DNA from: an uncultured Gammaproteobacteria bacterium
Lineage (GTDB): Bacteria > Patescibacteriota > Microgenomatia > Levybacterales > UBA12049
DNA: 54,514 nucleotides
Reading direction: 5' to 3'
Assembly (NCBI GenBank): GCA_964474445.1
Contig: CAYYSJ010000008.1
Coordinates: 1 to 54,514, forward strand
Shown here: piece by piece, positions 7,728-20,789 of the stretch
Numbering within the stretch: position 1 is the stretch's first letter
Layout: every line of letters begins with the position of its first letter
Made by a program: the position numbers and the translations under genes
Notes under the pieces: model-generated
What the model saw: only the letters and a program-made list of their open reading frames with translations
Told to the model about the DNA's origin: nothing
Databases searched by the model: none

Positions 7728-9608
7728 CTAGCCTCTTACTTTTGCGGCAGCAATTTTGGGAAGGAATGGAGAAATAACTTTTGGTTTTTGTCCCAATAAT
7801 GCTATAAAGTCATCTGCCTCCATTGTTTCTTTCTTCATCAGCGCTTCAGCCAATTTATCCATTTCTTTTCGTACTGATTTCAGCGCCTTGATTGCATTAT
7901 CATACGCAGCATCAAGGAGTCTTTTCACTTCTGCATCAACTTTAGAACGCATATCTGGAGAAACTTCATATGTCTCATAACTAAATCTTTTATCTGGCGC
8001 TAAATTAACTGGGCCCAACTCACTCATTCCCATTTCCAAAACCATTTGTCTTGCAACACTGGTTGCTTTTTCAATATCATTTGCTGCTCCTGTGGAGATT
8101 TCACCAAAAACAACTTGTTCTGCAGCTCGACCTCCCATCATCATAGCAAGCTGTTCCATCAAATAGGTCCGAGTCTCATGCAAATGCTCTGCTGGCTCTG
8201 TCATTGTATGCCCAAGACTCATACCACGACTTACAATAGAAATTCGGTGAATTGGATCCATATGTGGCATGTACCAGCTTACTAACGCATGACCAGCTTC
8301 ATGGTATGCAGTCATTCGCTTATCTTCATCTGATTGGAGTCGTTTTTTCTCAGGTCCTAATTTCACTTTAGTTGCAGACTCCTCAATATCTGACATTGTA
8401 ATTGCTTTATGGCTAAGTCGTGCTGCTCCAATTGCTGCTTCATTGAGCATGTTTTCTAAGTCCGCTCCTGAAAATCCAACAGTACGTTGTGCAACTTTAT
8501 CCCAATCTACCTTTGAATCAAATGGCTTGCCTTTTGCATGAATTGCCAGGATTGCTTTTCTGCCTTCCTTGTCTGGCATATCCAAACTTACCCTTCTATC
8601 AAATCTCCCTGGTCTCACAAGTGCTGGATCTAAAACATCAGGTCTATTGGTTGCGGCCATAACAACAATTTGCTCATTTTGGGTAAATCCATCCATCTCA
8701 ACTAAAATCTGATTGAGCGTTTGCTCCCGCTCATCATGACCTCCCATAAGACCCATACCTCGTTGACGCCCAATTGCATCAATTTCATCAATAAAGATAA
8801 TTGCAGGTTGTGCTTTTTTCGCAGTGTTAAACAAATCTCGAACACGACTTGCCCCAACACCAACAAGCATCTCCATGAATTCAGATCCTGCCATTGAGAA
8901 GAATGCAACACCTGCCTCTCCTGCTGTTGCACGGGCTAAAAGTGTCTTTCCAGTACCTGCAGGACCAATCATCAGAACCCCTTTTGGTGTGCGTGCACCC
9001 ATTGCTTTATACTTTCCAGGATTCTTCAAGAAATCAACAATTTCCGTCAGCTCTTGCTTTGCCTCATCCACTCCTGCGACATCAGAGAAAGTTACCTGTG
9101 GGGTGTCTTTTGTGATTTGTTTTGCTGAAGATTTTCCAAAAGAAAAAATATTCTCTTGTGCACCTCGTGCTTGTCTGAAAATAAAATAAAAGAAAGCAAC
9201 CATCAGAAGAATTGGCAAAACACTAGAAATGAGGTTAATCCAACTCCCTATACTACTTTCGTCCTTCACCATGACTTTTGTCTTATCTAAAGATACTCCT
9301 GCGTCTTTGAAAAGTGTGTAAACATTTGCATTTGCTTCTTTCGTTGTGTCAACAACTTTTCCACCTTTTTCAGTTGCTTGAATTTTTGTATCACTTACCG
9401 TAATGCTTTGCACTTTTCCATCTCGTACATCTTGGACAACTTGTGAAAGAGGTACTGATTGGTTACTTTCAAATCCAGAATTAAAGCCCATGAAAACGAA
9501 AAAGAGTAAAAAAAGCAAAAATCCGTAGAGAAGAATATTTTTCCACGAGAAGTTAAACTTTACTTTATATATCCTTTTGGAGTTTTTCTTTGGAGTATTT
9601 CCTGCCAT
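7728..9608 (-). CDS. ftsH: ATP-dependent zinc metalloprotease FtsH
   Basis: Walker A GPAGTGKT, Walker [10 protein letters not shown], second region of homology, HEAGH zinc site, and N-terminal transmembrane segments. Start set at MAGNTPKK (9608). Confidence 0.95.
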   Translation of the reverse strand: MAGNTPKKNSKRIYKVKFNFSWKNILLYGFLLFLLFFVFMGFNSGFESNQSVPLSQVVQDVRDGKVQSITVSDTKIQATEKGGKVVDTTKEANANVYTLFKDAGVSLDKTKVMVKDESSIGSWINLISSVLPILLMVAFFYFIFRQARGAQENIFSFGKSSAKQITKDTPQVTFSDVAGVDEAKQELTEIVDFLKNPGKYKAMGARTPKGVLMIGPAGTGKTLLARATAGEAGVAFFSMAGSEFMEMLVGVGASRVRDLFNTAKKAQPAIIFIDEIDAIGRQRGMGLMGGHDEREQTLNQILVEMDGFTQNEQIVVMAATNRPDVLDPALVRPGRFDRRVSLDMPDKEGRKAILAIHAKGKPFDSKVDWDKVAQRTVGFSGADLENMLNEAAIGAARLSHKAITMSDIEESATKVKLGPEKKRLQSDEDKRMTAYHEAGHALVSWYMPHMDPIHRISIVSRGMSLGHTMTEPAEHLHETRTYLMEQLAMMMGGRAAEQVVFGEISTGAANDIEKATSVARQMVLEMGMSELGPVNLAPDKRFSYETYEVSPDMRSKVDAEVKRLLDAAYDNAIKALKSVRKEMDKLAEALMKKETMEADDFIALLGQKPKVISPFLPKIAAAKVRG

Positions 9609-9699
9609 GGTAATAAGGAGTATATCATAGGCATTTTCAGAATGCACGTATTGCCTGATTGCTGACAAGATAAAAACAGCTTTCTAACACCATTTTTAT

Positions 9700-9729
9700 T
9701 TGCCTGACAATGACATTCCACGGTATAGT
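9700..9729 (+). promoter_or_regulatory. promoter TTGCCT-18-TATAGT
   Basis: The -10 box ends 9 nt before the ATG at 9739. The ORF-track TTG start at 9700 is the -35 box. Confidence 0.5.
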
Positions 9730-9738
9730 AAGATTCCT

Positions 9739-9927
9739 ATGTCATACAGAACACCAGATAGAGAGCTTGGAGGGATACCAAAAGAAGGTACAAGAACACC
9801 AACAAAACCTGCAGATAGAGACAAGCTAAAAGAAACGAATAGCATACAGACTCCACCATCCTTTGTTCCCTCAAGAAGACTTCATCACGTTATAACTAGA
9901 ATTAATGGTGATTTAGAAGTTCTTTAA
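9739..9927 (+). CDS. hypothetical small Pro/Arg/Thr-rich protein (62 aa, MSYRTPDREL...)
   Basis: ATG positioned as a leaderless start after the promoter. No family recognised. Confidence 0.45.
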   Translation: MSYRTPDRELGGIPKEGTRTPTKPADRDKLKETNSIQTPPSFVPSRRLHHVITRINGDLEVL

Positions 9928-9967
9928 TCAGCTTATCTCCTCCTCAAATATTCATTACCACTACATA

Positions 9968-9996
9968 TTGACAAAATGCTATTACCTTATTATCAT
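9968..9996 (+). promoter_or_regulatory. promoter TTGACA-17-TATCAT
   Basis: Consensus -35 box, 17-nt spacer, TATCAT. The ORF-track ATG at 9976 lies inside the spacer and so cannot be the start. Confidence 0.55.
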
Positions 9997-10035
9997 GCAT
10001 TTGTCAGGTTATTGTTTGGACAAAGTTTTTATCTT

Positions 10036-10254
10036 ATGACAACAGAAGCATTATCAAGAATATACAAAGGTGAGCTGCCAAGACTCGTTAAGCAGTCTAC
10101 AATGGACAATTACTTCAGACGTCTTAGTTCAGAAGAGCAAGAAACAATTAGAATACAAGCAGAAAGAGTGATAAATTCAGATCGGCAATGGTATTCATCT
10201 GAAGAAGCTCGCGCATATAGAAGCAGAGTGCAAGCAGAACAAAGAGCTCTATAA
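10036..10254 (+). CDS. hypothetical small protein (72 aa, MTTEALSRIYKG...)
   Basis: First in-frame ATG downstream of the promoter. An in-frame TTG at 10012 is an alternative start. Confidence 0.4.
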   Translation: MTTEALSRIYKGELPRLVKQSTMDNYFRRLSSEEQETIRIQAERVINSDRQWYSSEEARAYRSRVQAEQRAL

Positions 10255-10262
10255 ATTCTTCT

Positions 10263-11249
10263 CTAAGGCAGTTTAATATTATTTCCCTCTTGCTGGATAA
10301 GAAAATCTTTCTTCATTCCTTGCAGAATAGTTTGCATTCGCTCTTTAGAAACAGGTGTATCAAGGAGAGTAAAATGTTCTTGTATTGACTTTTTCTCTAC
10401 TATTCCCTTTTCCAAAAGAAGCTTAAGTATCCTTCCTCTGTAGTATCTATCAGAATCTTTAAATTTGGACTGCTTTGGAATTGGAATCTTATGCGCTTTC
10501 AATTCTGTTCCTGCATAGTCCATCAGGGCCTGGTTCCATTCATAGGCTTTTCCTTTTGGCAACAACTTCTCCGCTAAAAACTGTATTGCCTTTCTCTCCC
10601 TGTCATTCCCACGAAAGCGGGAATCTATTTCTGGATCCCTGATTAAATCAGGGATGACATCGTTAAAATGCACTAAGATTACTTTTCGAACATTGGTATC
10701 AATGACAGGAATTTGCTTATTAAATGCAAAACATAAGAGAGCTCTTGAAGTGTATTCACCTATTCCCGGAAGTTGTCTCAACTCTTTTTCTGTTTGTGGC
10801 CAAAGTATTTTTTCCCTGAACACAGTCGAAGGGTTATTCTTCGAGTGAAGTCCTAAGCTATTCCCTTTTGAATTTCTCGATTCGACTAATAGCTTTCTCG
10901 AAGAAAAAGCTATTTCTTTTGCCAATCTTTGCAAATACAATGCCCGTCTGTTATATCCGAGTCCATTCCAATATCGAAGGATTTCACTTGTCGGTGCTTC
11001 TGCCACATCCTGAATTGTAGGGAACCTCTCCATCCATGCAAGATATTTTGGGATAACTCGTGCGATTTGTGTCTGTTGGGACATAACTTCACTAACCAAA
11101 ATTTTGTACGGATCTCGTTCTTTACTATTCTGAAGCTTCACTGACGGATGACGCCATGGTAAGTCTCTTTTATTCTTTTTATACCAATCTAGAATCTCTT
11201 TTTGAAAAGACGTAATTTGTTCCTGTGAAAGTACTGTCATGTCTTTCAT
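10263..11249 (-). CDS. HhH-GPD base-excision glycosylase, MutY-like, without Fe-S cluster cysteines
   Basis: DLPWR, SEVMSQQTQ, LPGIGEYT (helix-hairpin-helix) and VIDTNVRKV (catalytic Asp) match MutY/Nth. No Cys occurs after the HhH-GPD core. Start is ambiguous (11240, 11249, 11264 or 11321). Confidence 0.75.
   Translation of the reverse strand: MKDMTVLSQEQITSFQKEILDWYKKNKRDLPWRHPSVKLQNSKERDPYKILVSEVMSQQTQIARVIPKYLAWMERFPTIQDVAEAPTSEILRYWNGLGYNRRALYLQRLAKEIAFSSRKLLVESRNSKGNSLGLHSKNNPSTVFREKILWPQTEKELRQLPGIGEYTSRALLCFAFNKQIPVIDTNVRKVILVHFNDVIPDLIRDPEIDSRFRGNDRERKAIQFLAEKLLPKGKAYEWNQALMDYAGTELKAHKIPIPKQSKFKDSDRYYRGRILKLLLEKGIVEKKSIQEHFTLLDTPVSKERMQTILQGMKKDFLIQQEGNNIKLP
10602..10658. repeat. 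57-nt palindromic element inserted in frame in the MutY-like gene
   Basis: Termini are GTCATTCCC...GGGATGAC. Internal hairpins are TTCCCACGAAAGCGGGAA and the perfect 21-nt palindrome ATCCCTGATTAAATCAGGGAT. It spans exactly 19 codons (VIPDLIRDPEIDSRFRGND). Confidence 0.5.
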
Positions 11250-11327
11250 TCTAACACAGGCCATGCTCGTTACATTGAGACCTGAATAAGGGTACAAAAG
11301 ATTATTTTCTTCTGCTACCATAGACTA

Positions 11328-12116
11328 ATGGAAGTAAAAATTTTGCAACTTAATATCTGGAAAGGAAAGCTTTTTGATAACTTTCTCCCCTACCTCAAGA
11401 CTACTCATTTTGATATTCTTCATTTTCAAGAAGTTGCAGGACCTGGGGTGAGCTTTTCAGGAGAAGATAACTATAGACAGCTCCAAGAAACCCTTGGTAT
11501 AGAGTATATCGGGCTTCGGGCCAAAGAATTCGATACCACTTTCCCTGGTGGCTATGAAGGGAGTGCAACATTCTTTCACTCAACATTTTCTCTTGTGGAA
11601 GAAAAAGTACTGTATCTGAATAGTCAGTTTGACCAACCAGTGGACAATGACTATCTTACTAGTATTCAAAACAGCTCCAATCCCTTTTTTGAAAATGTTC
11701 CACGAATTGCCTTAGCTACAAAGCTAGAAAAACTCGGTAAAGTCTGCTGGTTTGTGCAAAGCCAATTTGCATGGAGCCCTACACCAAAAGATACTCCTAA
11801 AAAAATACCCTATGCGAAAGTTTTAGAAGACTTTATTTCTCAGTTGAAAGACCCCTTTGTCCTAACAGGAGATTTTAATGTTGAAAGTGGAACAAAAGTT
11901 GTCAAAGGATTTGAAAAATATGGCCAAAACCTCAATACAAAATATAATGTAACAAATACACTCAATGGACGGGTACATAGAGCAAAGCATCTCTTTCCCC
12001 CTGGTTTAGCAGTTGATTTTATTATGCCAAAGAAAGGAATGAAGGTAAAAGAATTTGCAGTTCTTGATAAAGACTATTCAGACCACCTAGGACTTACTGC
12101 AATTGTTGAGATATAA
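11328..12116 (+). CDS. endonuclease/exonuclease/phosphatase (EEP) family protein
   Basis: ILQLNIW...FQEV...GDFN...SDHLGL is the standard EEP motif series. Confidence 0.8.
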   Translation: MEVKILQLNIWKGKLFDNFLPYLKTTHFDILHFQEVAGPGVSFSGEDNYRQLQETLGIEYIGLRAKEFDTTFPGGYEGSATFFHSTFSLVEEKVLYLNSQFDQPVDNDYLTSIQNSSNPFFENVPRIALATKLEKLGKVCWFVQSQFAWSPTPKDTPKKIPYAKVLEDFISQLKDPFVLTGDFNVESGTKVVKGFEKYGQNLNTKYNVTNTLNGRVHRAKHLFPPGLAVDFIMPKKGMKVKEFAVLDKDYSDHLGLTAIVEI

Positions 12117-12142
12117 CGTATTGATGAAAGCTTGTTATCCGC

Positions 12143-13129
12143 CTACAAAGGAAGGCCCATTTTTACTTTGACTTCATTGATTGTTTCTGATGCAATGGCT
12201 AAACATTCGTTTCTTCCCTGCGCAATAATATCTTCTACAAGTTGGGGATTTTCTTCAAAGTACTTTCTCTTTTCTTGGAAAGGTTGTAATTCTTCATAAA
12301 TTGCTTCTGCCAAGTACCCTTTCAAATCACCATACCGAATTTGACCCTTCTCATAATCTTCCTTATATTTTTTATAAATATCGTTCTTATTAAAAAGTGC
12401 AAGAAGAGTAAAAAGACTTGCTACTCCCCCTTCTTTTGGTAATGGCCCGCCGGTTGTTCCTGTATCTGTCACGACTTTCGATAGCTTCTTTTTTATTGTG
12501 TCGAAATCATCAGTTAAAGCAATAAAACTTCCCTCCACTGTTTTACTCATTTTCCCCTTTCCAGTCAGTGATGGGACGTATTCTCCCATTGTTTTAAAAC
12601 GCCTGGGTTCTGGGAATATCTCACCATACATTTGATTAAACTTTCGTGCAATTTCCCGTGCAACTTCAAGATGGGGTTCCTGGTCTATGCCAACCGGAAT
12701 TAATTCTCCTTTGTAAAGTAAAATATCTGCCGCCATAAGGATTGGGTAATACAAAAGAGCTGTTGTAATATGTTTAGGAAATTGAGCTACCTTGTCTTTA
12801 AAGGTCGGTAAATCCTGAAGCGGCGCTAATGGATAAATTGTTGCAAGAAGATAGGCAAGCTCTGTGTGTTGTGGAATTTGAGATTGAATTTCAATTCGTG
12901 CTTTTTTAGGATCAACTCCTGCTGCTAAATAGTCCAATATGACACTCCTAACACTTTGTCTCAGTGTTTTTGGATCATAAGGAGTAGTCATGGCGTGCAA
13001 GTCTACAACACTAAACGTACAATCATACTCCTCCTGCAACGCAAGCATGCCTTTCACAGAGCCAAGATAATTTCCAAGATGGAGATATCCCGTTGCTCTG
13101 ACTCCATTATAAACTCGTTTTTTATTCAT
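12143..13129 (-). CDS. trpS: tryptophan--tRNA ligase
   Basis: HLGNYLG (HIGH motif), KMSKT (KMSKS motif) and overall TrpRS pattern. Start at MNKKRVYNGV (13129). Confidence 0.95.
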   Translation of the reverse strand: MNKKRVYNGVRATGYLHLGNYLGSVKGMLALQEEYDCTFSVVDLHAMTTPYDPKTLRQSVRSVILDYLAAGVDPKKARIEIQSQIPQHTELAYLLATIYPLAPLQDLPTFKDKVAQFPKHITTALLYYPILMAADILLYKGELIPVGIDQEPHLEVAREIARKFNQMYGEIFPEPRRFKTMGEYVPSLTGKGKMSKTVEGSFIALTDDFDTIKKKLSKVVTDTGTTGGPLPKEGGVASLFTLLALFNKNDIYKKYKEDYEKGQIRYGDLKGYLAEAIYEELQPFQEKRKYFEENPQLVEDIIAQGRNECLAIASETINEVKVKMGLPL

Positions 13130-13139
13130 ATTTTTTTCT

Positions 13140-13529
13140 TTAATGTATTTTTGATCCTGGATTTGTTGGTCTCTCTGGACCCAAAAGTACAATTCCCTGT
13201 TCGTTATCTGTTGCCATAATCATACCTTGAGATTCATACCCTCTAAATTTTCGGGGCTCAAGATTTGTGACAACACAAATTTGTTTACCTACCAAAACGG
13301 ATGGGTCTGGGATGTATGGTGCGATGGCTGACATAATTTGCCTCACGTCTCGTCCTGGATACTTTTCCAAAAGTTCTGGAATTCGCGTAAGACCATTTGC
13401 GTCTTCTTCTGGCATTGGACCAAAATCAAAGATAAGTTTTATCAAACGGTCAGCATCCGGAACTTTGGTTGCTTCCAAAACCGTTCCAATTCTCATTTCA
13501 ATTTTTCCAAAATCATCAATTGTTATCAT
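13140..13529 (-). CDS. tRNA-binding domain protein (CsaA/EMAP-II/MetRS-C-like)
   Basis: FGKIEMRIGTVLEATKVPDADRLIKL...VTNLEPRKFRGYESQGMI is the OB-fold tRNA-binding domain signature. It is directly upstream of trpS. Confidence 0.85.
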   Translation of the reverse strand: MITIDDFGKIEMRIGTVLEATKVPDADRLIKLIFDFGPMPEEDANGLTRIPELLEKYPGRDVRQIMSAIAPYIPDPSVLVGKQICVVTNLEPRKFRGYESQGMIMATDNEQGIVLLGPERPTNPGSKIH

Positions 13530-13538
13530 ATGTCTTAT

Positions 13539-13567
13539 ATTCTACCATGTTTGGTTGTTTAATTGAA
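13539..13567 (-). promoter_or_regulatory. promoter TTCAAT-17-TAGAAT (leaderless csaA-like/trpS operon)
   Basis: The -10 box ends 9 nt before the ATG at 13529. Confidence 0.45.
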
Positions 13568-13570
13568 TGA

Positions 13571-13589
13571 GGGAGGGCGCGCTCCTCCC
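13571..13589 (-). terminator. GC-rich hairpin GGGAGG-N7-CCTCCC
   Basis: Sits 8 nt after the stop of the 13597..13848 ORF. The U-tract is weak. Confidence 0.4.
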
Positions 13590-13596
13590 ACATCCT

Positions 13597-13848
13597 TCAG
13601 AAGTGAGATTTTACCCTTACTCCTTTTTCCATTGCTACTCTTTCTCCTTGAAGAGCAAGATCAACCAATCTATTCACTCTTTCAGAAAGAGGATGTCGTA
13701 AATAATTAATCCCATCTTCAGGAAAAATTCTTTGTGCAATAACTTCAGCGGTAATAATACCCCTTTCTTCAGCAACACCCTCTCTACGAGCTCTGTGTGT
13801 TGCAATTCTTCTTGCATGCATTACTTCTCTTTGTATTTCTCGTGTCAT
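13597..13848 (-). CDS. hypothetical small Arg-rich protein (83 aa)
   Basis: ATG at 13848 is preceded by AGAAAGGAGGTGAAAGAAT, the same Shine-Dalgarno context as the ORFs at 6542 and 7115. Confidence 0.55.
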   Translation of the reverse strand: MTREIQREVMHARRIATHRARREGVAEERGIITAEVIAQRIFPEDGINYLRHPLSERVNRLVDLALQGERVAMEKGVRVKSHF

Positions 13849-13914
13849 ATTCTTTCACCTCCTTTCTTGTGGCCTATTCGCTATTCATCTCCCAAAAAAC
13901 AGCGGATAGCCCAC

Positions 13915-13939
13915 AAAAAAACCTCTCGTGCTTGAGAGG
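13915..13939 (-). terminator. intrinsic terminator CCTCTC-aagcac-GAGAGG + T7
   Basis: 6-bp GC-rich stem followed by TTTTTTT on the minus strand, downstream of the TrpR-like gene. Confidence 0.7.
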
Positions 13940-14058
13940 TCTTCCTAATTTTTATCTTTAAAACACGGTAAGAACTAACCTCTCAATAAAGAGAAGTTAC
14001 CCCACCAATTCAATGTTCTTTTTTGTGCTTTTGTTTTATTCATAATTCGTTAGCCTAT

Positions 14059-14304
14059 CTATATATACCTAAATCTTCCTTCCTTAATTTCTTTTGATCC
14101 GCGAGTAACTGTTGCAACACCAATACCTAATCTTTTAGCTATTTCGTGTTGTGCTACCCCCTTTTTTAAAAGCCGGACAATTTCCATCCGCTGTCTCAGC
14201 TCTTCTATTTCTGAGGAAGTTAAAAGACCTTCAAGAAGATTTTTCATTTTTTCATCTGTATCTGCATCTCTTAAGACCTTAACTAATTCAGAAATAGCTT
14301 TCAT
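14059..14304 (-). CDS. trpR: Trp repressor family protein (TrpR / YerC-YecD-like), 81 aa
   Basis: The C-terminal reading head LGIGVATVTRGSKEIK resembles E. coli TrpR LGAGIATITRGSNSLK. A trp-operator-like palindrome overlaps its promoter. Confidence 0.85.
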   Translation of the reverse strand: MKAISELVKVLRDADTDEKMKNLLEGLLTSSEIEELRQRMEIVRLLKKGVAQHEIAKRLGIGVATVTRGSKEIKEGRFRYI

Positions 14305-14307
14305 TCA

Positions 14308-14323
14308 TACTAGTATACTAGTA
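14308..14323. promoter_or_regulatory. TrpR-type operator TACTAGTATACTAGTA
   Basis: Perfect 16-bp palindrome with two ACTAGT hexamers separated by 2 nt, as in the E. coli trp operator (ACTAGTTAACTAGT). It overlaps the -10 box. Confidence 0.75.
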
Positions 14324-14341
14324 CAATAGTGTTTCTGTCAA
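14312..14341 (-). promoter_or_regulatory. promoter TTGACA-18-TATACT (leaderless trpR-like transcript)
   Basis: Minus strand: TTGACA 14341-14336, TATACT 14317-14312, 7 nt to the ATG at 14304. No Shine-Dalgarno sequence. Confidence 0.65.
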
Positions 14342-14516
14342 GAGCATTATTTCTCTTCTTTTGAAAGAGGTTTTATGGAAGGAGTTGTGCTCCAACCTTT
14401 CGAAAGTAACCTACAATATCTTTTATTTACGCTCCTGCTATTTTACGAATTCTCTTGGAAAGCACTAAAGTATGAAAGAAGAAAAGAAAAACTTTATACA
14501 ATATTCTCTAAAACGA

Positions 14517-14522
14517 TATAAT
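14517..14522 (+). promoter_or_regulatory. -10 box TATAAT, 6 nt before the ATG at 14529
   Basis: Consensus -10 hexamer placed as in the other leaderless genes here. The -35 box (TTATAC) is weak. Confidence 0.4.
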
Positions 14523-14528
14523 AGAACT

Positions 14529-16742
14529 ATGCAAGAACAATTAGCCTCTAGAGAAGTGCCTGTACATAAACCACCGTTATATGTTCCTGGAGTGATCCGC
14601 ATATCTCATTTGGCCTCAACCCCAGAAGGATTTACTATTCAAACTCGTCATACTCTTCGTATGAAAGAAGGTCTGACAAAACAAGAAAGTCAACCCGAAG
14701 AGTTTACTTTAGGGTCTCCTCTTCGAGCAAAAGCTTCTTCTGAAATGAGACAAGAAATGCTTCGAACATTAAAGCAGGTTATGACTCTCTCCGAAGCTGA
14801 TGAGCAACTATTCCTTAAACCTAACCGAGCACCAGAAGAGAATAGTCATATCCACTCATTAATAAAAAGTTTGAATTCTGAACAACACAGAAGATATAAC
14901 GATCTTCTTCTTACAACCAGAAAAACAGGATTAAGAAGTGCCAGAAAAATTGGAATAGAAAACTTGGTTGTTGAAGACAACACCATTACCGTTGATGTGA
15001 AGAATCCATATTACAGAATGTATGCTGCTATTCCTCCCACAGCATCTGAAGAAACAAGAGAATTGGCACACCCTGCTGCAGTTGCTATAGTAGTTCAAAC
15101 AGCTGATAATTATCTTGTTCTTCAATATAGAAAAGCATATGATCCAGAAAAGAAAATTGGAAATCGTTTTTATGGTGGAATTCCTGGAGTTAGTGCAGCT
15201 GGATATTTTGATGCTCCAAAAGGACCTCAAGGAACTGGGAAACCAGGTGAAATAAATAATATCGAAGTTGTAAAAATGGCAACAAGGGAGGCACAAGAAG
15301 AACTCGGCCTTGTACCTGAAGCTCTTACTCACGTTGCGATTACAGGAATTGCACAGGATTTTCTCAAACCTCATGATGAACTACTGCTTTTTGCAAAAAC
15401 CGATAAAACAAGTACAGAATTGAGAAGCTTGCGTATCTCAGAGGAAACTGCACAAAGTGAATACGACTTTTCAGAAAGTTTTTATACTATTACTTCAACA
15501 CCTGATGCTGTAGAGCGATTGCTAACAAAGGTTCATATCCCACTTCCCCCTACTCATGTTGCAGCTTTTTTTGCAGCAGGACATGCATTAGCATTGGAGC
15601 AACTTGGTCCCGATGCAGCAAAACAATGGGCAGAAAGGGTTGAAAAAGGTATTCAGAATAACTTTTCGCATATTGACCATACTGTTAAGCTTTATTGGCA
15701 AAAAAGAATGCATGCAGTAGCATCTATTGCAGATCCTGAAGAACGATCTAAACAACAAAACTTATTACTTCAACAAACAAAAACCATCACTATTGATCGA
15801 TATGATCCGCAACTCTCTGCAGAACAACAAGGCCTTCCATCTCTTTCTATAGAGCTTCAACGAACAGAACTTATTGAACGAACTCCACATCATGCGTGGC
15901 TTTTTGATATAGACGGTGTAATTACCAATCCAAAAGAAAAACGGATTACACAACCAGAAATGGTCAGAGAACTAGTTAATAAACTACAGCGAGGAGAACC
16001 CATTGCTCTTATCACAGGACGAGCACTTCCCTGGGTTGAAGATAGAGTAATTAATGAGTTGACAAGGTATATGAAAGACCATGGCTTGGAACAAGATCTT
16101 TTAGATAATGTGTTTGTTGCAGGAGAATTTGGAGGATGTACGATTACTTTCCATAACGGAGAAGCCTACCGAAGTATTGATCCAACTATTTCTATCCCTC
16201 CGGATATTATTCATGCTGCAAAAGATATTACCCACAAGTATGAAGAATGGGTATTTACTGATGAAGCAAAACAAACACAATATACTGTGGAACTACAGCA
16301 GGGAAAGGATATTGCTGCGTTTCATGCAGGAATAAGAAATAAAATGGCTGATGAATACAGAAAACTTTTAAAAAATAAGGGCGTAGACCCCGAGAAGCTT
16401 GAAGTGCATGAAGATAGAATAGCAATCAATATTCGAAGTAGAAAAGCAGATAAGCGTTATGCAACACGTCAATTTTTGACCTGGCTTGCAAAGCATAATA
16501 TTACCCCTGAAAGATATATTGCCTTTGGAGATAGTCCCAACGATTTAGAAATGGGCATTGAATTATATACCCAAGGAAAGTCCTTTGAATTTGCCTATAC
16601 TGGTGATGTTGGACAAGATTTAGGAGGTCGAGAGCTTCAGTTCCCTATTCGAAGTTCTGGGCTTTCTGTTGACCCAAATCATACTGACACAGCAACACTT
16701 ACTATTTTACAAAATATGGCAAATGAACAACAAATACAATAA
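14529..16742 (+). CDS. multidomain protein: N-terminal unknown region + Nudix-like hydrolase + HAD-IIB-like phosphatase (737 aa)
   Basis: Near-canonical Nudix box GEINNIEVVKMATREAQEELGL. HAD motifs WLFDIDGVITNP (DxDG), LITGR and AFGDSPNDLEM. Start moved from 14472 to 14529 because of the -10 box. Confidence 0.7.
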   Translation: MQEQLASREVPVHKPPLYVPGVIRISHLASTPEGFTIQTRHTLRMKEGLTKQESQPEEFTLGSPLRAKASSEMRQEMLRTLKQVMTLSEADEQLFLKPNRAPEENSHIHSLIKSLNSEQHRRYNDLLLTTRKTGLRSARKIGIENLVVEDNTITVDVKNPYYRMYAAIPPTASEETRELAHPAAVAIVVQTADNYLVLQYRKAYDPEKKIGNRFYGGIPGVSAAGYFDAPKGPQGTGKPGEINNIEVVKMATREAQEELGLVPEALTHVAITGIAQDFLKPHDELLLFAKTDKTSTELRSLRISEETAQSEYDFSESFYTITSTPDAVERLLTKVHIPLPPTHVAAFFAAGHALALEQLGPDAAKQWAERVEKGIQNNFSHIDHTVKLYWQKRMHAVASIADPEERSKQQNLLLQQTKTITIDRYDPQLSAEQQGLPSLSIELQRTELIERTPHHAWLFDIDGVITNPKEKRITQPEMVRELVNKLQRGEPIALITGRALPWVEDRVINELTRYMKDHGLEQDLLDNVFVAGEFGGCTITFHNGEAYRSIDPTISIPPDIIHAAKDITHKYEEWVFTDEAKQTQYTVELQQGKDIAAFHAGIRNKMADEYRKLLKNKGVDPEKLEVHEDRIAINIRSRKADKRYATRQFLTWLAKHNITPERYIAFGDSPNDLEMGIELYTQGKSFEFAYTGDVGQDLGGRELQFPIRSSGLSVDPNHTDTATLTILQNMANEQQIQ

Positions 16743-16759
16743 TTTCTCTATTTTCTTAC

Positions 16760-16789
16760 TTGCCAACAATAAGCATTATAGGGTATAAT
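16760..16789 (+). promoter_or_regulatory. promoter TTGCCA-18-TATAAT (leaderless)
   Basis: The -10 box ends 8 nt before the ATG at 16798. Confidence 0.6.
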
Positions 16790-16797
16790 GCCGCACA

Positions 16798-20694
<3,897 letters not shown>

Positions 20695-20741
20695 TCATTT
20701 CGAACAGGGCATGCCAATCTTAGGAATAGACTGTTTCGTTG

Positions 20742-20771
20742 TTTTAAAAACTCCTCGCAATAACGAGGAGT
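20742..20771 (-). terminator. intrinsic terminator ACTCCTCG-ttattg-CGAGGAGT + TTTT
   Basis: 8-bp stem followed by a T-run on the minus strand, directly after the murD stop. Confidence 0.65.
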
Positions 20772-20789
20772 GCTAGGCTAGTGTAGCAA

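Noticed and set aside
9609-9668. N-terminal extensions of ORF-track entries: ftsH to 9668, exonuclease to 6264, trpS to 13192, PIG-L to 32258, gap to 48892, nrdR to 46394, the 203-aa protein to 47151, pepD to 32212, yhhQ to 3972
   Set aside because: The extensions are not part of the conserved family N-termini. In several cases the proposed start codon lies inside or upstream of a recognisable -35/-10 pair. Shorter starts were adopted.
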